Shown here piece by piece: positions 62,446-64,000 of a stretch of DNA of 64,000 bases. Source of the DNA: Psammoneis japonica. Taxonomy: Eukaryota. Position 1 is the stretch's first letter. Each line of letters opens with the position of its first letter. The stretch spans positions 124,001 to 188,000 of the forward strand of contig QPGO01000132.1 in the NCBI GenBank assembly GCA_008632985.1. Direction: 5' to 3'. The translations under genes and the position numbers were made by a program. The notes beneath the pieces were generated by a model. That model worked only from the letters and a program-made list of their open reading frames with translations, searched no databases and had not been told where the DNA came from.

Positions 62446-63567
62446 ATGGCCAACAACATCGATTGCGCCGCTGCAGCCCAGTGCGGACTTGCTGTCAATG
62501 ACGATGGCGGAACGCATGAACGTGGGAGGGCATGTGGTGTGGAGAAGAAGATCGAAGTTCAGAGGGTCTGTCAATCGCTACAAGACATGTCAGAGAGTGG
62601 CAGGCCAAATCTAACAGAAGTCGCTCGGGTTTGCAGGGTTGACCGCAAATTTGCAGTCAAAGTGGAACGAGAACTTGACTGTTGCGGCCAAGTGCTTCAC
62701 CCGCGAAAGATTCACCAGAAACGAATGTGTGGTCCAGGCGTCAACACAATTGACAGTCTAGATGCTTTTGTCCTTCTGACTCCACATCTGGACGAGCCAA
62801 GTCACTCGCTGTCTGGCTGTTGGGAGAATCTGTGCAACCTCACAGGAGCAGTGGTTTCGAACGCTGCCATCAGCAGATTCTGGAATTGTGCATTTACAAC
62901 AAGCGGGAAACTTTGCAAGCCAAATCTTGTTCCCTGTGATAAATTCAAACCCGACAACATCCTACGAGCATGCGAGTTCATGATGGTTGTCGCTGAGGTT
63001 GATCCACGGAGGGTCAAATGCGGAGATGAGAAGCTGCTGAAAGGTTCAGAAGTGTGTTGCTGAAGGACAAGGCGAAATGTGCTAATGGGGGAAGTCCCAC
63101 CATCCTTCACATCCTCTGATTTTCGCAACACATGCCCCATCATCGGCTTTTGCGGCATCGACACAAGGACCCACCCTGTGCGTTGCCAGATCCATGACGA
63201 GCCGAATGATGCGGAACAGTTTGCAATGGAGATTGAGCATGCAGTGCATCGGGGCTTTCTCAGAGGTGGTGACATCCTTGTTCTGGACAATGCAGCCTGC
63301 CACGTGCGTGGTGAAAATGCGGTTCTTGAAGAATGGCTGTGGACGGAGCATGGCACATTTGTTTTGTTTCTTCCAACGAGGACCCCTGAATGGAACCCTG
63401 CAGAACTTGTGTGGCGTCAACTTGTGACACAGCTCAAGCACCATCCGATCTGCAGGCTCCGCTCGCACACCGAGCATTCCACCGCCTGTGCTGCCCATGA
63501 CGTGTCATCCCAAATTGCGCATGACCAAGTCTTCTGCATGTGCAGAGCATGTGGACATGTGTCTTAA
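62446..63567 (+). pseudogene. IS630/Tc1-mariner superfamily DDE transposase (D-D38-E spacing), hypermutated, with in-frame TGA at 63061-63063
   Basis: HTH (LTEVARVCRVDRKF), GDEK, LVLDNAACH, FLPTRTPEWNPAELVW; the two ORFs are in the same frame; no Tyr in the whole protein. Confidence 0.88.
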
Positions 63568-64000
63568 GCTTGTTCTACAATAGAATGCTCCACTGTAGAA
63601 TGCCCTGCAACAGATTGAGGTGCAATTGAAACTTCCAGGCCCCAGGATTCAGCCCCCGAACACCCGGGTTTCAAGCCCACTCCAATGACGACAACAAAAT
63701 GCCAGCGCAACTCCAGCTGTTGGACATGTTGTTTGAAGGGCAAACAGTCATTGACATCCTGACTAAAACCTCTGAGCAATGATCAATGGTCATGGCGAGT
63801 CAGAATTACAGCTGTGTTCCGCCTCAAGCTTCCGCGTGCAACAGGGGGGGTCAAAATTGCCCATTTGTCACAGCACGTGGAATCTACGTAGATTCTGGTG
63901 TTGACCTTGCTGCAGGCACAGTCAGCAAATGACCCGACAATCACAGCACGCAGGGCCTACGTAGGTCATGGCATTGAACTTACCGTTAAGTCTTGTCAGT

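Noticed and set aside
62446..63567. Alternative genetic code or stop readthrough explaining the missing Tyr and the TGA
   Set aside because: Neighbouring host genes use Tyr codons and TGA stops normally; mutation is the simpler explanation.
62200..64000. Terminal inverted repeats of the IS630/Tc1 element
   Set aside because: No convincing inverted pair found by eye; ends may be mutated or outside the window.

Overview
Eukaryotic nuclear DNA, most likely a pennate diatom (short GT-AG introns, diatom-type RXL/LRG secreted proteins, expanded STAND ATPase family). About 17 host genes (BTB tail, cyclophilin, divergent kinesin, PDZ/ELM2-SANT/PHD protein, S1 protein, a ~2,530-aa protein, HemA-like protein, TIM21, FAX/GST-like, KDM4-like JmjC, C2H2, STAND ATPase, RAD5/HLTF-like, DUF6940-like, GACC-repeat secreted protein) alternate with five sharply bounded blocks of transposon-derived DNA (~8.65-9.83, 11.2-17.65, 27.9-29.56, 45.2-52.93 and 62.4-63.9 kb; ~18 kb in total). 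The most striking signal is that these blocks have lost the TpA dinucleotide through apparent TA->TG/CA transitions, in addition to CpG decay. An IS630/Tc1 transposase copy has zero tyrosines in ~370 codons, with Cys/His at expected Tyr positions, while many CpGs remain. This suggests a RIP-like, repeat-targeted hypermutation acting on TpA, the opposite direction from fungal RIP. Intergenic DNA instead carries CTAG/TAG-rich palindromic islands. All assignments come from reading the sequence and motifs by eye; no searches or counts were computed.
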